Origin: a virus
Lineage: Duplodnaviria > Caudoviricetes
Strand: one strand, 5' to 3'
DNA: 38,542 nucleotides
Virus record (IMG/VR): IMGVR_UViG_3300011336_000137
Location: 1-38,542 of that record
The notes beneath the pieces are model-generated. The model did not search any database. It was not told the DNA's origin and was given only the letters and a program-made list of their open reading frames with translations. Numbering within the stretch: position 1 is the stretch's first letter; every line of letters begins with the position of its first letter. A program made the position numbers and the translations under genes. This document shows positions 7,052 to 17,239 of the stretch, piece after piece.

Positions 7052-10000
7052 ATTTATGGGAATACATTGGCAATATTCAAAAGGACATGGGAGACAATGT
7101 CAATACTGATGCTGTCCCAGCAAAGAATGGCCGCATTCCTTTTGGCGTAAGCCTAGATACTGCGAAAGCAGTTCCAGCAAAGACTGGTAATACTGTCGTG
7201 CAAGCACGCTTTGCTCCAACTCGTAAGATTACAAATGACGATGTTGAAAAATTACGCGTTAATGCTATTAAGGGTTTTACCAAGGCTACAGAATTTGCAA
7301 TGAAGTATACTCCACTTGCAATCATACCTGCAATTGATGAAGCCACTAAAGGCGGATTATCAAAAGCACTAATGGCTGGTGCAAAGAATGTGCGTTCTAA
7401 CTACGCATTTGTTCGCGGTGCAGCAGATGAAGAAGTAGCAAAAGGAATGCTCGCTGGTCTCAACCTAATTGCTGGTGGTATCTCTGGTGCAATTGCTGGT
7501 GCTGGTCTTGGAGCAGCCGCTGGCTTACCATTTGCTGGCGTTGGTGCAGGACCTGGTGCAATTGGTGGCGGAATTGCTGGCTTTGTTACAGGAGTCGCAA
7601 CAGCAGGAGCAAGAACCCGAGACATAGCAAAGAACGAAACATTTGGAAAGCAACTAAAAGAGAAAGCAATCTATGCTGAATCTGCAGTTGGGCAAGAACA
7701 TTACAACTTTGGTAGAGATGTAACAACTCAAATGGCACGCATTCAAGGATTCAAGACCCTTGGCGATACCAGTATGGGTATTGGTGCAGTTACATCAGGT
7801 CTGCTTAACTTTGGTTTTGAAGTTGGCTTTGACCCACTCTTAAAGGGAACAAGCGTCGCTGGAAAGACCGCAAAGGCCGCACTAGTTGGTGGAGTTACTC
7901 CAAAAAGCCAGGGTCTAGTTGCTGATTTTATTGGTCGAAAGACTGGATTAAGAGAACTTGAACTAGCAGATAAACTTGATATCGATATTGATACTATCAA
8001 GAAGACTGCTGCAGGCGAGACAACAATCTACACGCCTTTATTTGAATTTTTGAAGAATAACGATGCTGCTACAGTACTTAATCACCCAACATTAAAGAAT
8101 AATGACATGGGTAGCGTTGCTGCATCAGTACTTGCTGGCAAGTCGAATGAAGAAATTGCTCTTGTGCTACGCATCGGTCGTGGCGATAGAAGTGCAATTG
8201 ACGAACTTGAAAGCAATCCTAACTACGCAGATACTTATGCTGAGTTAAACCGCTATGAATCTGGTATTTCTGCTCTCGAGCAAGATGGAATGATATGGTT
8301 CCGTCACGATAACAACCTAATGATGGTTGGTAGTAAGTACAAAGATGGCGCAGAACTTATTAAGGCCGAACTAGAAGTACTTCGTAAGAAGAAAGACTTC
8401 ATCGAACGAGCCATTAGCCTTGATTCTTGGTTGCAGACAGATAGAACTGTCTCCCAATTTGCATGGGTAGAGCGTATGCGTGCTGATAAAGCCGCACGTG
8501 GTGCTGTTGCAAAAATATCTGGTAAGACATACAACAATGAACTTATTGATGGTATCCGCCAGGAAACAGAGTTTGGTGATATTATCACATCTGTGTACAA
8601 GAACAACATGTTCTCTACACCAATCAGTTTTGTAAGCCGTCTTGTTGACGATGCCCCACATATGACTGTTAACTTTAACGAAGGCGTTCAGTCTATTACC
8701 CGCGTTCGCTCAAGCCTGCGTGATGCAGTAACTCGCAAGATTATTGACGAAAAAGAAGCACTGCAAATTCTCAATGACTTTATCGCTGCACCTAATGAAG
8801 GTGTAAAGAATGAGATTATCGAGAACTACGGAAAGACTGTAATCCGTAATGCTGCTATCAACTATGGACACCATGAAGATATTGCAGAACTTGCTGTCAA
8901 TACCTACATTAAAAACCATCGTCTAACCAAGAGCGAAGCGATACAGGCTAAAGAGCAGAACCGTGCATACATGGTTGGTCAAGATGGTACTGCAATGTCT
9001 GACCCACAGTTGATTACTCAACTTGCTAACGGTGCTTACCTGCCAGATATTGCAATTATTGACAAGGCATTCAAAGAGTTTGGAACACGCCCTGGTGCTA
9101 TCACTAAGGCTGGACGTTCAACTCTATATGGTGTAAAGACAGCACTCGATGAACTACAAGCCATCTGGCGTGGTGGAACATTGGCACGTGGTGGTTTTAC
9201 AGCCAACATTCTTCGTGATGCTAACTTCCGTGCATGGGCAGATACTTCAATGTTCTCCCTATATTCACAACTTGGACTTAGTACCCTAGATGCAGTAACT
9301 AATGGACTTAATACAGTCAAGAAGATTGCAACTTGGGAAAAAGATATTATTAGTCCTAAGCGCAATATGCGTAATATTCGTGAGTCTATCGACGAGAACG
9401 ATAAGGTTCTAAAGAAGTTAGAAGGACGACTAGAACAAGAAGGTTTCTATAAGAAGCCTAAAAAGGGTGCAAAGCCTGTAGAGATTACACCAGCACTTCA
9501 ACGTGTTATTGAGTCTCGAGATGCAATCGCAGCAACACTTGCAGAATTGCGTCGTCAAGAGAAGGCTATTGTTGACAATATCCCAACTCAAGTAATCAAG
9601 AAAGACAAGATTAGCGTATCTGGTTGGGACTTCCCAGCACCGCTTTCTGGTCAACTTGGTGAGATTAGCCGTCAGAAGTTAAACGGCAAAGAAGAGATTC
9701 GTGGTGCGCTAGCATCTGTTCGTGAACTAGAGATGGAATCTGTACGCCGTGGAAGTTACGGTGGCAAGGTTTACCATGCTGCAGACAACGAAGCAGAGCA
9801 TCTTGTAGCCTGGACTGATATGCTTAACAACCACTTGCGTAACGACCCACTTGCGGTTAAGATTATGGAAGGCAACATGAGCAAGCCAGAGTTAATGAAC
9901 TGGCTACAAGAGAACTCTCAGCGCTCTTACATTGACCGCTTTGGTTTAACTGTTGTCGAAGAAGGAAAGCCTGCTCGTCGCCTACGCCGTGATGATGCAG

Positions 10001-11949
10001 AATACATTTATGACCGTGTTAACTTTGCCGTAAATAGCATCGCTGCTAACGAGCAGGTTCGCAAACTGGTCCTCAATAACCAACTGACAGCAGTTGAGTT
10101 AAAGAAACTGTACCCTGTAGTTGCAGAACGTCCACCAGTATCTGGAGATGTTACAACTGCTGCACTAGGTAGAAGCAATATTGCACGAAGCCTAGTCAAT
10201 ACCCAAAAGGAAATTGTACAGTGGCTTGCTACTCAGCCAACCTCACGTCTTAACTATAACCATTATTTTGCAGCAAAGTACTATGAGAAGTTAGAAACTC
10301 TAGTAATGAATGCTAACGAGCGTGGTATAATTCCTGGCGCAAAGCAGAAGGTACAGTACGAAAAGATTGCTCGTTCTTATGCAATCAACGAGTACCGTAG
10401 CAAGATTAACGCGTTCTCAAAGGATATGAACTTTGCTGGACTAATGAACTATGTTATAGCCTTCTTCCCTGCGGTTGTAGAACAGTTCAGAGCATATGGA
10501 CGCATTATGATAGATAACCCAGAGTTGCCTATTCGTCTTGCGTATGCAGCCCAGATTCCAGAGTACATCGCAGATACACAAGAAGATGCCTATGGCAATA
10601 GATACATTGAGTACACTATGCCATACACAGGACTAAAGGCACGCTTCGGAGTTGAATGGTTTAACCCAATTAACCCAACATCTGGTTCTATTCTATCTGC
10701 TGGTCCACTAGCGACTACTGCGGCTAACCTTGCTGCAAAGCAGACAGAGTTCGCTGATACTAAACTAGGTTCGTTCTTGCTACCATTTGGTGTATCAACT
10801 AATAACATGTCTGCTTACACTCCTAATACATGGAGAAAAGCATCTGAACTGTACAATGCCTGGAAGGGTGATGGAGAACAGTTCAATAAAGATGTGAACA
10901 TGATTTCAAAGCAGTACTTGTTTGACTTTATCGAAGATAATGACAAGCAACCTAATCCATCTCAGTGGAACCAGATACAGGTTCGCGCAGAAAAAGATGC
11001 ATTAGCATTATCTGTATTGAAGTTCGTATCATCATTGACGCTACCACAGCAGCCAAAGATGCGTACAGCAATTTCATTCTATCAGGATAGATTCAACGAA
11101 GCAATCAAGGCAGATAATATTAATGGTGCCGAGAACTTCATGAAGGATAATCCTGAATACTTTATGCTTGCTGATAGACTAACGAATAACCTATCTGGAA
11201 TTCGTTCAGACGAGACAGCGGTTGCCTTGCTACAGCGTAACAATATGGCGACAAGAGAGATAGTTACAAATGTTGCAGACTTAAGCGCACTAGGCGCAGT
11301 CTTTAATGATGATAACTATGCATTCTCTAGCGCAGCAGATGCTTACCTTCGCACACAGAAGATTCCTGGACTAGATAGCAAGTACAAGGCTAGCGAAGCA
11401 TCACTTACTAACATGAAGTCAACTATTGTTAATAAGGGTTGGACTGATTGGTTTAAGTTGATTCAGGTAGTTTCAACAGAGATGAAAAAGCCACCTTACA
11501 ACTTAGACCCTGCACGTGGCTACGGTGACGTAGTTCTACAGCAGTACAAGGATGCTTTTATCGAACAACAGAAGACTGAAAATCCTATGTGGTACGATGA
11601 GAAGATTAACAGTTCTGGTGGTGGAGACAAGGGTAGAATGGCTAGCGTTATCAAGGCTGTTACTATCGCTGCCAATACACCTGAGATGTGGAAAGACCTA
11701 TCTCAGCAACCACGCTGGTCTGCTATTGTTGAATACATGAACTTCCGCTACCAAATTAATGACGAACTAAAGCGTCGTGACATTGGATACGATACCAAGG
11801 CAGCAATTGACTTGCGTAATGCAGTTACATTGAAGGTATGGGAACTCCGTAACAAGGATGTAAAGTTTGGTCAGTTCTATGACAGATATTTTGATGGAGA
11901 TGACTTTAGCGTTATCTTCGATTACACACCACCAAAGAGGAGCAAGTAA
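7048..11949 (+). CDS. large internal virion/ejection protein (1633 aa)
   Basis: Size, helical composition and Gly/Ala hydrophobic hairpin (GAIAGAGLGAAAGLPFAGVGAGPGAIGGG) typical of podovirus ejected proteins; function inferred. Confidence 0.65.
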   Translation: MNLWEYIGNIQKDMGDNVNTDAVPAKNGRIPFGVSLDTAKAVPAKTGNTVVQARFAPTRKITNDDVEKLRVNAIKGFTKATEFAMKYTPLAIIPAIDEATKGGLSKALMAGAKNVRSNYAFVRGAADEEVAKGMLAGLNLIAGGISGAIAGAGLGAAAGLPFAGVGAGPGAIGGGIAGFVTGVATAGARTRDIAKNETFGKQLKEKAIYAESAVGQEHYNFGRDVTTQMARIQGFKTLGDTSMGIGAVTSGLLNFGFEVGFDPLLKGTSVAGKTAKAALVGGVTPKSQGLVADFIGRKTGLRELELADKLDIDIDTIKKTAAGETTIYTPLFEFLKNNDAATVLNHPTLKNNDMGSVAASVLAGKSNEEIALVLRIGRGDRSAIDELESNPNYADTYAELNRYESGISALEQDGMIWFRHDNNLMMVGSKYKDGAELIKAELEVLRKKKDFIERAISLDSWLQTDRTVSQFAWVERMRADKAARGAVAKISGKTYNNELIDGIRQETEFGDIITSVYKNNMFSTPISFVSRLVDDAPHMTVNFNEGVQSITRVRSSLRDAVTRKIIDEKEALQILNDFIAAPNEGVKNEIIENYGKTVIRNAAINYGHHEDIAELAVNTYIKNHRLTKSEAIQAKEQNRAYMVGQDGTAMSDPQLITQLANGAYLPDIAIIDKAFKEFGTRPGAITKAGRSTLYGVKTALDELQAIWRGGTLARGGFTANILRDANFRAWADTSMFSLYSQLGLSTLDAVTNGLNTVKKIATWEKDIISPKRNMRNIRESIDENDKVLKKLEGRLEQEGFYKKPKKGAKPVEITPALQRVIESRDAIAATLAELRRQEKAIVDNIPTQVIKKDKISVSGWDFPAPLSGQLGEISRQKLNGKEEIRGALASVRELEMESVRRGSYGGKVYHAADNEAEHLVAWTDMLNNHLRNDPLAVKIMEGNMSKPELMNWLQENSQRSYIDRFGLTVVEEGKPARRLRRDDAEYIYDRVNFAVNSIAANEQVRKLVLNNQLTAVELKKLYPVVAERPPVSGDVTTAALGRSNIARSLVNTQKEIVQWLATQPTSRLNYNHYFAAKYYEKLETLVMNANERGIIPGAKQKVQYEKIARSYAINEYRSKINAFSKDMNFAGLMNYVIAFFPAVVEQFRAYGRIMIDNPELPIRLAYAAQIPEYIADTQEDAYGNRYIEYTMPYTGLKARFGVEWFNPINPTSGSILSAGPLATTAANLAAKQTEFADTKLGSFLLPFGVSTNNMSAYTPNTWRKASELYNAWKGDGEQFNKDVNMISKQYLFDFIEDNDKQPNPSQWNQIQVRAEKDALALSVLKFVSSLTLPQQPKMRTAISFYQDRFNEAIKADNINGAENFMKDNPEYFMLADRLTNNLSGIRSDETAVALLQRNNMATREIVTNVADLSALGAVFNDDNYAFSSAADAYLRTQKIPGLDSKYKASEASLTNMKSTIVNKGWTDWFKLIQVVSTEMKKPPYNLDPARGYGDVVLQQYKDAFIEQQKTENPMWYDEKINSSGGGDKGRMASVIKAVTIAANTPEMWKDLSQQPRWSAIVEYMNFRYQINDELKRRDIGYDTKAAIDLRNAVTLKVWELRNKDVKFGQFYDRYFDGDDFSVIFDYTPPKRSK

Positions 11950-12692
11950 TGGTTGAACCAGTTATTGGCAGAAAGCCAACACCTACACCAACGCCTACGG
12001 CTACTCTTCAACCAACGGGCATCCCTGCGGGTCTTGGTGTATCAATTGAACAGGCTGCAAAAAACACTAGACTAAACCTCACGCCACCTGTAAATGCAGG
12101 AGTTGAAACAATCAACTTTGTATCTAGCCTGACTAAGGCACAGATGAAGCAAATTATCCCATGGTTGGATAAGTTTGGTGCATCTAAAGCAGATATCTCA
12201 ACAGTTGGTAATGCTAAGAAGTACCTACAGAACAACTTTAGCACCTATGTCGAGAATGCTGGCAATAGTGTAACTAAATTAATTCAGTTGTTTAAGGATG
12301 ACTACATCCCATCTGCAGACCCAAATGCTGATAAAATAAAGGCTAGTGGTGTAACGCAATACGTTACGAAGCAGGCTCCAGAACTTGTTGCTAAAAATGT
12401 AGATAAATTTCTATTAAGCACAATTGGTAGCACGAACATCAACCAAGAATCTCGCGATAAGATTATGGCTGAGATTAATAAGATGATTCAGGCTGGCACT
12501 ACAACAACTAGTAAGAGAGATAAAACTGGTAAGGATACAGTTACTCAGACTCCTGGTTATAGCGAAGAGCGTGTCGGTGCAGTTGTAGAACGTGTGGCTA
12601 AAGAATTAGAACCAGCAAAGTATGAACAACAGAAGCAACTAAACTTCTTTGACTTCATGCAGCAGGCAGAGCAAATGCGAGGTGGTCGCTAA
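11949..12692 (+). CDS. putative internal virion protein
   Basis: TAATG coupling; PT-repeat N-terminus; structural block. Confidence 0.6.
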   Translation: MVEPVIGRKPTPTPTPTATLQPTGIPAGLGVSIEQAAKNTRLNLTPPVNAGVETINFVSSLTKAQMKQIIPWLDKFGASKADISTVGNAKKYLQNNFSTYVENAGNSVTKLIQLFKDDYIPSADPNADKIKASGVTQYVTKQAPELVAKNVDKFLLSTIGSTNINQESRDKIMAEINKMIQAGTTTTSKRDKTGKDTVTQTPGYSEERVGAVVERVAKELEPAKYEQQKQLNFFDFMQQAEQMRGGR

Positions 12693-13756
12693 TGGCTGAT
12701 TTAACAAGTTTTAGAGAATCAGAGTCAGCATCAGCAACGTCTACTGCAGCAGATGCTGTAAAGGGCATGTCGCCTGGTTCTGCATGGGTATTTAATGAAC
12801 AGTCTAAGAAGTGGGAAAAGCCTGCTAAGCCAACTGGCGATAATAAGACTTACGAGTGGGATGACAACAAGGGCTGGACTGCTACTGGTGTTAATACAAC
12901 TGGTCTAACAGCAAGCCTTGGTTTTGTTCTTTCTCGAGCACTTCTTGATGACCCTACATATGGTAAGGGTCCTGGAGGACTACAAGAAGTCTACGACCTA
13001 TGGGCTGCTGGAGACCAAACCGCGGCACTTAATGCATACTTCCAGTCTAACTACTACCTAAAATTAGGTAAGACTGCTGCTTCACGTTACTCATTAAAGT
13101 TGAACCAGCCAGAAGTATATACTGCTGATGAGGCTGCTTATATTTCAAATCAGAAGAATCGCCTATTCAAACTAGGTGTTCGAGTTGAAGATGCAGAACT
13201 TACCGATTTGCTTAAGAAAGCATACTCTGGTAATCTTACTGATACACAATTAGATTCATCTATTGCATTGTCAAATAGTTTTGGTGGTAAGTTCGGCGGA
13301 ACTATCCTCACCCAAATACAAGACCTTAAGAATACTGCTCGTTCCTATGGGCTATCATATACTGAGGCTAAGTACAATCAGTGGGGTGCTGACCTATTCG
13401 CTAATCGCATTACTGATTCAGAGGTTGAAGAATTAATCAAGACTGAATCAGCAAGTAAGTATCCAGCATTTGCAGACCAGATTATGAAGGGCGTAACTGT
13501 TGATGCATTAGCATCTGCTTACAAGTCATCAATGGCTACAATCCTTGAGATTGATGCAGACTCTATTGGGTACGAAGACCCAACTCTCAACAAGGCTTTA
13601 CAGTACATTGGTCCAGATGGTAAGCCAACAAGCAAGCCACTATGGCAGTTTGAATCAGACTTACGTTCTGACCCACGTTGGCAGTTTACAAACAATGCTA
13701 GAGATTCAATTGACTCTTTGCAGTACAAGGTTATGAAGGATTGGGGATTGATGTAA
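12692..13756 (+). CDS. putative internal virion protein
   Basis: TAATG coupling; structural block. Confidence 0.6.
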   Translation: MADLTSFRESESASATSTAADAVKGMSPGSAWVFNEQSKKWEKPAKPTGDNKTYEWDDNKGWTATGVNTTGLTASLGFVLSRALLDDPTYGKGPGGLQEVYDLWAAGDQTAALNAYFQSNYYLKLGKTAASRYSLKLNQPEVYTADEAAYISNQKNRLFKLGVRVEDAELTDLLKKAYSGNLTDTQLDSSIALSNSFGGKFGGTILTQIQDLKNTARSYGLSYTEAKYNQWGADLFANRITDSEVEELIKTESASKYPAFADQIMKGVTVDALASAYKSSMATILEIDADSIGYEDPTLNKALQYIGPDGKPTSKPLWQFESDLRSDPRWQFTNNARDSIDSLQYKVMKDWGLM

Positions 13757-15075
13757 TGAGATACAATCCAAATGTAATGATGGTTGACGGTGGTGGAAGC
13801 ACAGTACCTAATAATCCTACATTAACCCCTGCTCAAGGACAAGCCGCTGTTAGAAAATTAACATCAGGTCAAGCATTAACTGATGCAGAAAAAGTCTATC
13901 TAGGACTTCCAGTTTCTATTCCAACAAGTACACCAGCAGTTGCAGAACCTGCACCAGCAGAAGATACTTCGGCAGCAGATGCTGCAAAGGCAGCAGCAGC
14001 ACAAGCAGCAGCCGATAAAGCAGCAGCAGATGCCGCAGCAGCGGCAGCACGAACTGCAGCAGAAGCAGCAGCAGCCAAGGCTGCACAAGAAGCAGCAGCA
14101 TTAGCAGCAGCACAGGCAGCCGCTGCATTAGCAGCAGCACAAGCAGGAAGTAATGCTTCTATCAAAGCGTTGCAAGACCAGATTGCTGCATTAACAAGAC
14201 AACTTTCAGGAAACACCGCAGCAGATAAAGCAGCAGCGGATGCTGCTAAGTACAATGAACGCATAAGCATTTACTCATCTATGGCAGACCGCTTTAATAA
14301 GTACGGTCTTACTGGACTAGCAAACAAGATTAAAGAACTTGCTATTCAAGGTGCAACAGAAGCAACAATTACATTACAGTTGCAAGAGACACCAGAATAT
14401 CAGCAACGTTTTGCAGCAAACGCTGACCGCATCAAGAAGGGTCTAGCAGCACTAACTCCTGCGGAGTATGTCAATGTTGAGGATTCCTATCGTCAGGTAC
14501 TACGTGCCTACGGCTTAAAGCAATTTGATAATGACGCATACGTAAGACAGTTTATTGCTAACGATATGTCACCAACAGAACTTTCTAACCGTGTTGTAAC
14601 TGCAGTACAGCGTGTACAAAATGCTGACCCTGCACTTGTCAACCAACTCAAGCAGTACTACGGTATTGGCGCAACTGACATGGTTGCCTATGTATTAGAC
14701 CCAGAACAACAGTTCCAGAAGATTGAACGACAGATTGCAGCATCAGAGATTGGTGTAGCAGCAGGTCGTCAGGGACTCAAGGCTGGAGTATCGGTTGCAG
14801 AGCAACTGGCAGCACAAGGTGTTACCGAAGCAGAAGCACGTAAGGGTTATGCAACAATTGCAGACATCCTTCCAACCGCTGAAAAACTATCCGATATCTA
14901 TGGGACGACATTGGACGAATACCGACAAGCCGAAGGTGAGCAAGAAGTATTCAATAGTTTGGCATCTGCACAACGTAAGCGTCAAGCATTGACAGCGCGT
15001 GAACTTGCAGCCTTTAGCGGTGCAAGCGGTACAAACAAAACAAGTCTTACTACATCAGCAGTAGGACAATTCTAA
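13756..15075 (+). CDS. putative internal virion protein with Ala-rich coiled-coil repeat
   Basis: Start set at the TAATG overlap (MRYNPN); AAAKAAA low-complexity tract. Confidence 0.65.
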   Translation: MRYNPNVMMVDGGGSTVPNNPTLTPAQGQAAVRKLTSGQALTDAEKVYLGLPVSIPTSTPAVAEPAPAEDTSAADAAKAAAAQAAADKAAADAAAAAARTAAEAAAAKAAQEAAALAAAQAAAALAAAQAGSNASIKALQDQIAALTRQLSGNTAADKAAADAAKYNERISIYSSMADRFNKYGLTGLANKIKELAIQGATEATITLQLQETPEYQQRFAANADRIKKGLAALTPAEYVNVEDSYRQVLRAYGLKQFDNDAYVRQFIANDMSPTELSNRVVTAVQRVQNADPALVNQLKQYYGIGATDMVAYVLDPEQQFQKIERQIAASEIGVAAGRQGLKAGVSVAEQLAAQGVTEAEARKGYATIADILPTAEKLSDIYGTTLDEYRQAEGEQEVFNSLASAQRKRQALTARELAAFSGASGTNKTSLTTSAVGQF

Positions 15076-15079
15076 AATC

Positions 15080-15159
15080 CTGAACGGACCTATCGGCCCC
15101 GTCAGCGTAATAGACCGATAGTAGGAGCCAGCCAGTTTCCCCGAACTGAACTGAGGCCT
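15080..15159 (+). ncRNA. candidate pseudoknot plus hairpin upstream of scaffold gene
   Basis: CTGA(A)CGG/CCGTCAG stem; loop CTATCGG pairs with CCGATAG; then CAGTT-TCCCCG-AACTG hairpin. Confidence 0.5.
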
Positions 15160-15191
15160 GCGAACTACAACGAATAGAAGGGTGGGTTGCT

Positions 15192-15665
15192 ATGAGCAAC
15201 AACTACTGGGACGAAGAAGACGAAGACCAAGATACCGACACCGACGCACAATTGGACGGCAGTGACTTACTTAAAAAGTTACGTAAAGCCAAGCGTGCAG
15301 ACGAAAAGCGTATTAAGGAACTTACTGAGCAACTTGAGGGATTTTCCAAGGCGCAGCGTGAGTCAACCGTCAAATCAATCCTAGAACAAAAGGGTGTAAA
15401 CCAGAAGGCAGCACGTCTAATCCTTAAGGATTTAGATGGTGAGTTCTCAGAAGAATCAGTTTCTAACTGGCTCGACGAGAACGCTGACTTATTTGGCATT
15501 GAAGTCTCTCAGAGACCAGATAGTCAAAATCTCGCTACACTACGTCAGCAAGATGTAATGACACAGAATGCCGTTACACCAGACCGAGCACAGGACATCG
15601 AGCAACGCATGAACAATGCAAGTTCAATGGAAGAACTCATGGCTCTAATGCAAGGTCAACAATAA
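15192..15665 (+). CDS. capsid scaffolding protein
   Basis: Acidic N-terminus and coiled coil; immediately upstream of the major capsid gene. Confidence 0.75.
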   Translation: MSNNYWDEEDEDQDTDTDAQLDGSDLLKKLRKAKRADEKRIKELTEQLEGFSKAQRESTVKSILEQKGVNQKAARLILKDLDGEFSEESVSNWLDENADLFGIEVSQRPDSQNLATLRQQDVMTQNAVTPDRAQDIEQRMNNASSMEELMALMQGQQ

Positions 15666-15696
15666 TATCCGTTCATAGTCAAGGAGACTAAAACAC

Positions 15697-16899
15697 ATGC
15701 CTAACGCATATACAGATACGTCGAGCACATCATTCGGCGGTACAGTAGGTGGCGCAGGTCTCGTACAGAAGGCATATGACCGCCTTCTCGAGTTCGCTCT
15801 CCGCTCAGAACCACTAATTCGTTCTGTCGCAGATAAGCGCCCCGCAAAGCAAGCAATTCCAGGTTCAACTGTAGTTCTACAGAAGTACGTTGACCTAGAT
15901 ACAAAGACATCAACTCTAACAGAGACAGTTGACCCAGATGCAGTAGCATTGTCAACACCAACATCTGTTACAGTAACACTTAACGAGTACGGTAACGCTG
16001 TACTTGTAACACGCGCATTGGAACTCTTCTCTCTAGCAGATGTAGACCCAGCAATCGCAAACATCATCGCTTACAACCTAGCCGATTCTATCGACGTTGT
16101 AGCAATGAACACTCTACGCTCAGGTACAAACAACATCTTCGCAGGTAACGCAACAGCAGTTGCTAACGTAGATGCAGCAGACACAGTTGACTCAGCAGAC
16201 ATCCGTCGCGCTGTAGCAAAGTTGCGTGCTAACAAGGCTAAGGGCCGTCGCGGAAGTTCATACTGGGTTGGTATCCACCCAGAAGTTTCACACGACCTTC
16301 GTGCAGAGACAGGCGACCTTGGATGGCGCTACCCTCAGTCACAGTCTGCTTCAGAAGCAAGCAAGATTTGGGCAGGAGAAATCGGTGAGTACGAAGGCGC
16401 GTTCTTCGTAGAGTCATCACGTCTATACAATGCTAAGACAGGTGCAGACCAGTCAACACTAGCAACAACAGCAGTAACATCAGCAGGAGTTTCAGCCGCA
16501 TTCACATTCGGCGTTGCTTCATCTGCAGTTATCGCAACACGCGCTGAGGTTGGCGATAAGATTTCAGGAACAGGCGTAGGAACATCTGCGAAGATTACTG
16601 CAATCTCAACATCAGGCTCAACAACAACATTCACTGTAGACGTTGCTAACTCAGCAGCAGTTACAGTTGGAACTGTTCTTACAGTAACACCAGTAACACG
16701 TGTATACAACACAATCGTTGCAGGTTCACAAGCAATGGCAGAAGCCGTAGCAGAAGAGCCACACGTAGTTATCGGTAACGTAACTGATAAGTTGATGCGT
16801 TTCCGCCCAATGGGTTGGTACGGCGTACTTGGCTTTGCAGTTTACCGTGATGAGGCACTATACCGCATCACATCAGGTTCATCAATCGCTGCTCTCTAG
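15697..16899 (+). CDS. major capsid protein (HK97 fold, N4-gp56-like)
   Basis: AAGGAG RBS; VTLNEYG, GIHPEVSHDLR, GEIGEYEG and DKLMRFRPMGWY motifs; strongly biased codon usage. Confidence 0.9.
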   Translation: MPNAYTDTSSTSFGGTVGGAGLVQKAYDRLLEFALRSEPLIRSVADKRPAKQAIPGSTVVLQKYVDLDTKTSTLTETVDPDAVALSTPTSVTVTLNEYGNAVLVTRALELFSLADVDPAIANIIAYNLADSIDVVAMNTLRSGTNNIFAGNATAVANVDAADTVDSADIRRAVAKLRANKAKGRRGSSYWVGIHPEVSHDLRAETGDLGWRYPQSQSASEASKIWAGEIGEYEGAFFVESSRLYNAKTGADQSTLATTAVTSAGVSAAFTFGVASSAVIATRAEVGDKISGTGVGTSAKITAISTSGSTTTFTVDVANSAAVTVGTVLTVTPVTRVYNTIVAGSQAMAEAVAEEPHVVIGNVTDKLMRFRPMGWYGVLGFAVYRDEALYRITSGSSIAAL

Positions 16900-16909
16900 T
16901 AGTTAATTG

Positions 16910-16941
16910 ACTGCTGGACAGGGGAAACCCTGTCTGGTGGT
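16910..16941 (+). terminator. strong GNRA-capped hairpin after MCP (terminator without U-tract, or processing site)
   Basis: ACTGCTGGACAGGG-GAAA-CCCTGTCTGGTGGT, 14 bp including G-U pairs. Confidence 0.55.
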
Positions 16942-16962
16942 GAGTCCACTAAAGGAGGAGTC

Positions 16963-17232
16963 ATGACAGATTACATCTTCGAGACACCAACTGTCGATGA
17001 AGGATTTGAAGGAGTTCAGCGACTCTTTACATTTTACAAGTTAACACGCGGTATAAGTGTCATCAAAGTCAATGGAGTTTATCGTCAAGTGCGATATCCA
17101 CTAGATTCTGACCTAGAAACATACCAGGAAGTATACCTTGGTGGAAGCAAGTACACAGTAGATGAGGCAACTCGAGAGGCACTTATCAACGGAAACGTTG
17201 GAGTGACTACCGCTAACTTTACAGCAATATAG
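16963..17232 (+). CDS. hypothetical structural protein
   Basis: AAGGAGG RBS. Confidence 0.75.
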   Translation: MTDYIFETPTVDEGFEGVQRLFTFYKLTRGISVIKVNGVYRQVRYPLDSDLETYQEVYLGGSKYTVDEATREALINGNVGVTTANFTAI

Positions 17233-17239
17233 GGGATAT

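Noticed and set aside
7048-11949. Tape measure protein or virion RNA polymerase
   Set aside because: No tail tube or chaperone genes nearby, no periodic aromatic repeats, and no recognisable polymerase catalytic motif
13896-14270. Cys-rich, Leu-rich and Ala-rich minus-strand ORFs
   Set aside because: Shadow frames of the GCA/GCT Ala repeat; the same applies to other antisense ORFs across the structural block
15192-15665. Scaffold C-terminus (MQGQQ) as a Pup-like tag
   Set aside because: Pup ends in GGQ/GGE and is ~64 aa; position and composition fit an ordinary scaffold
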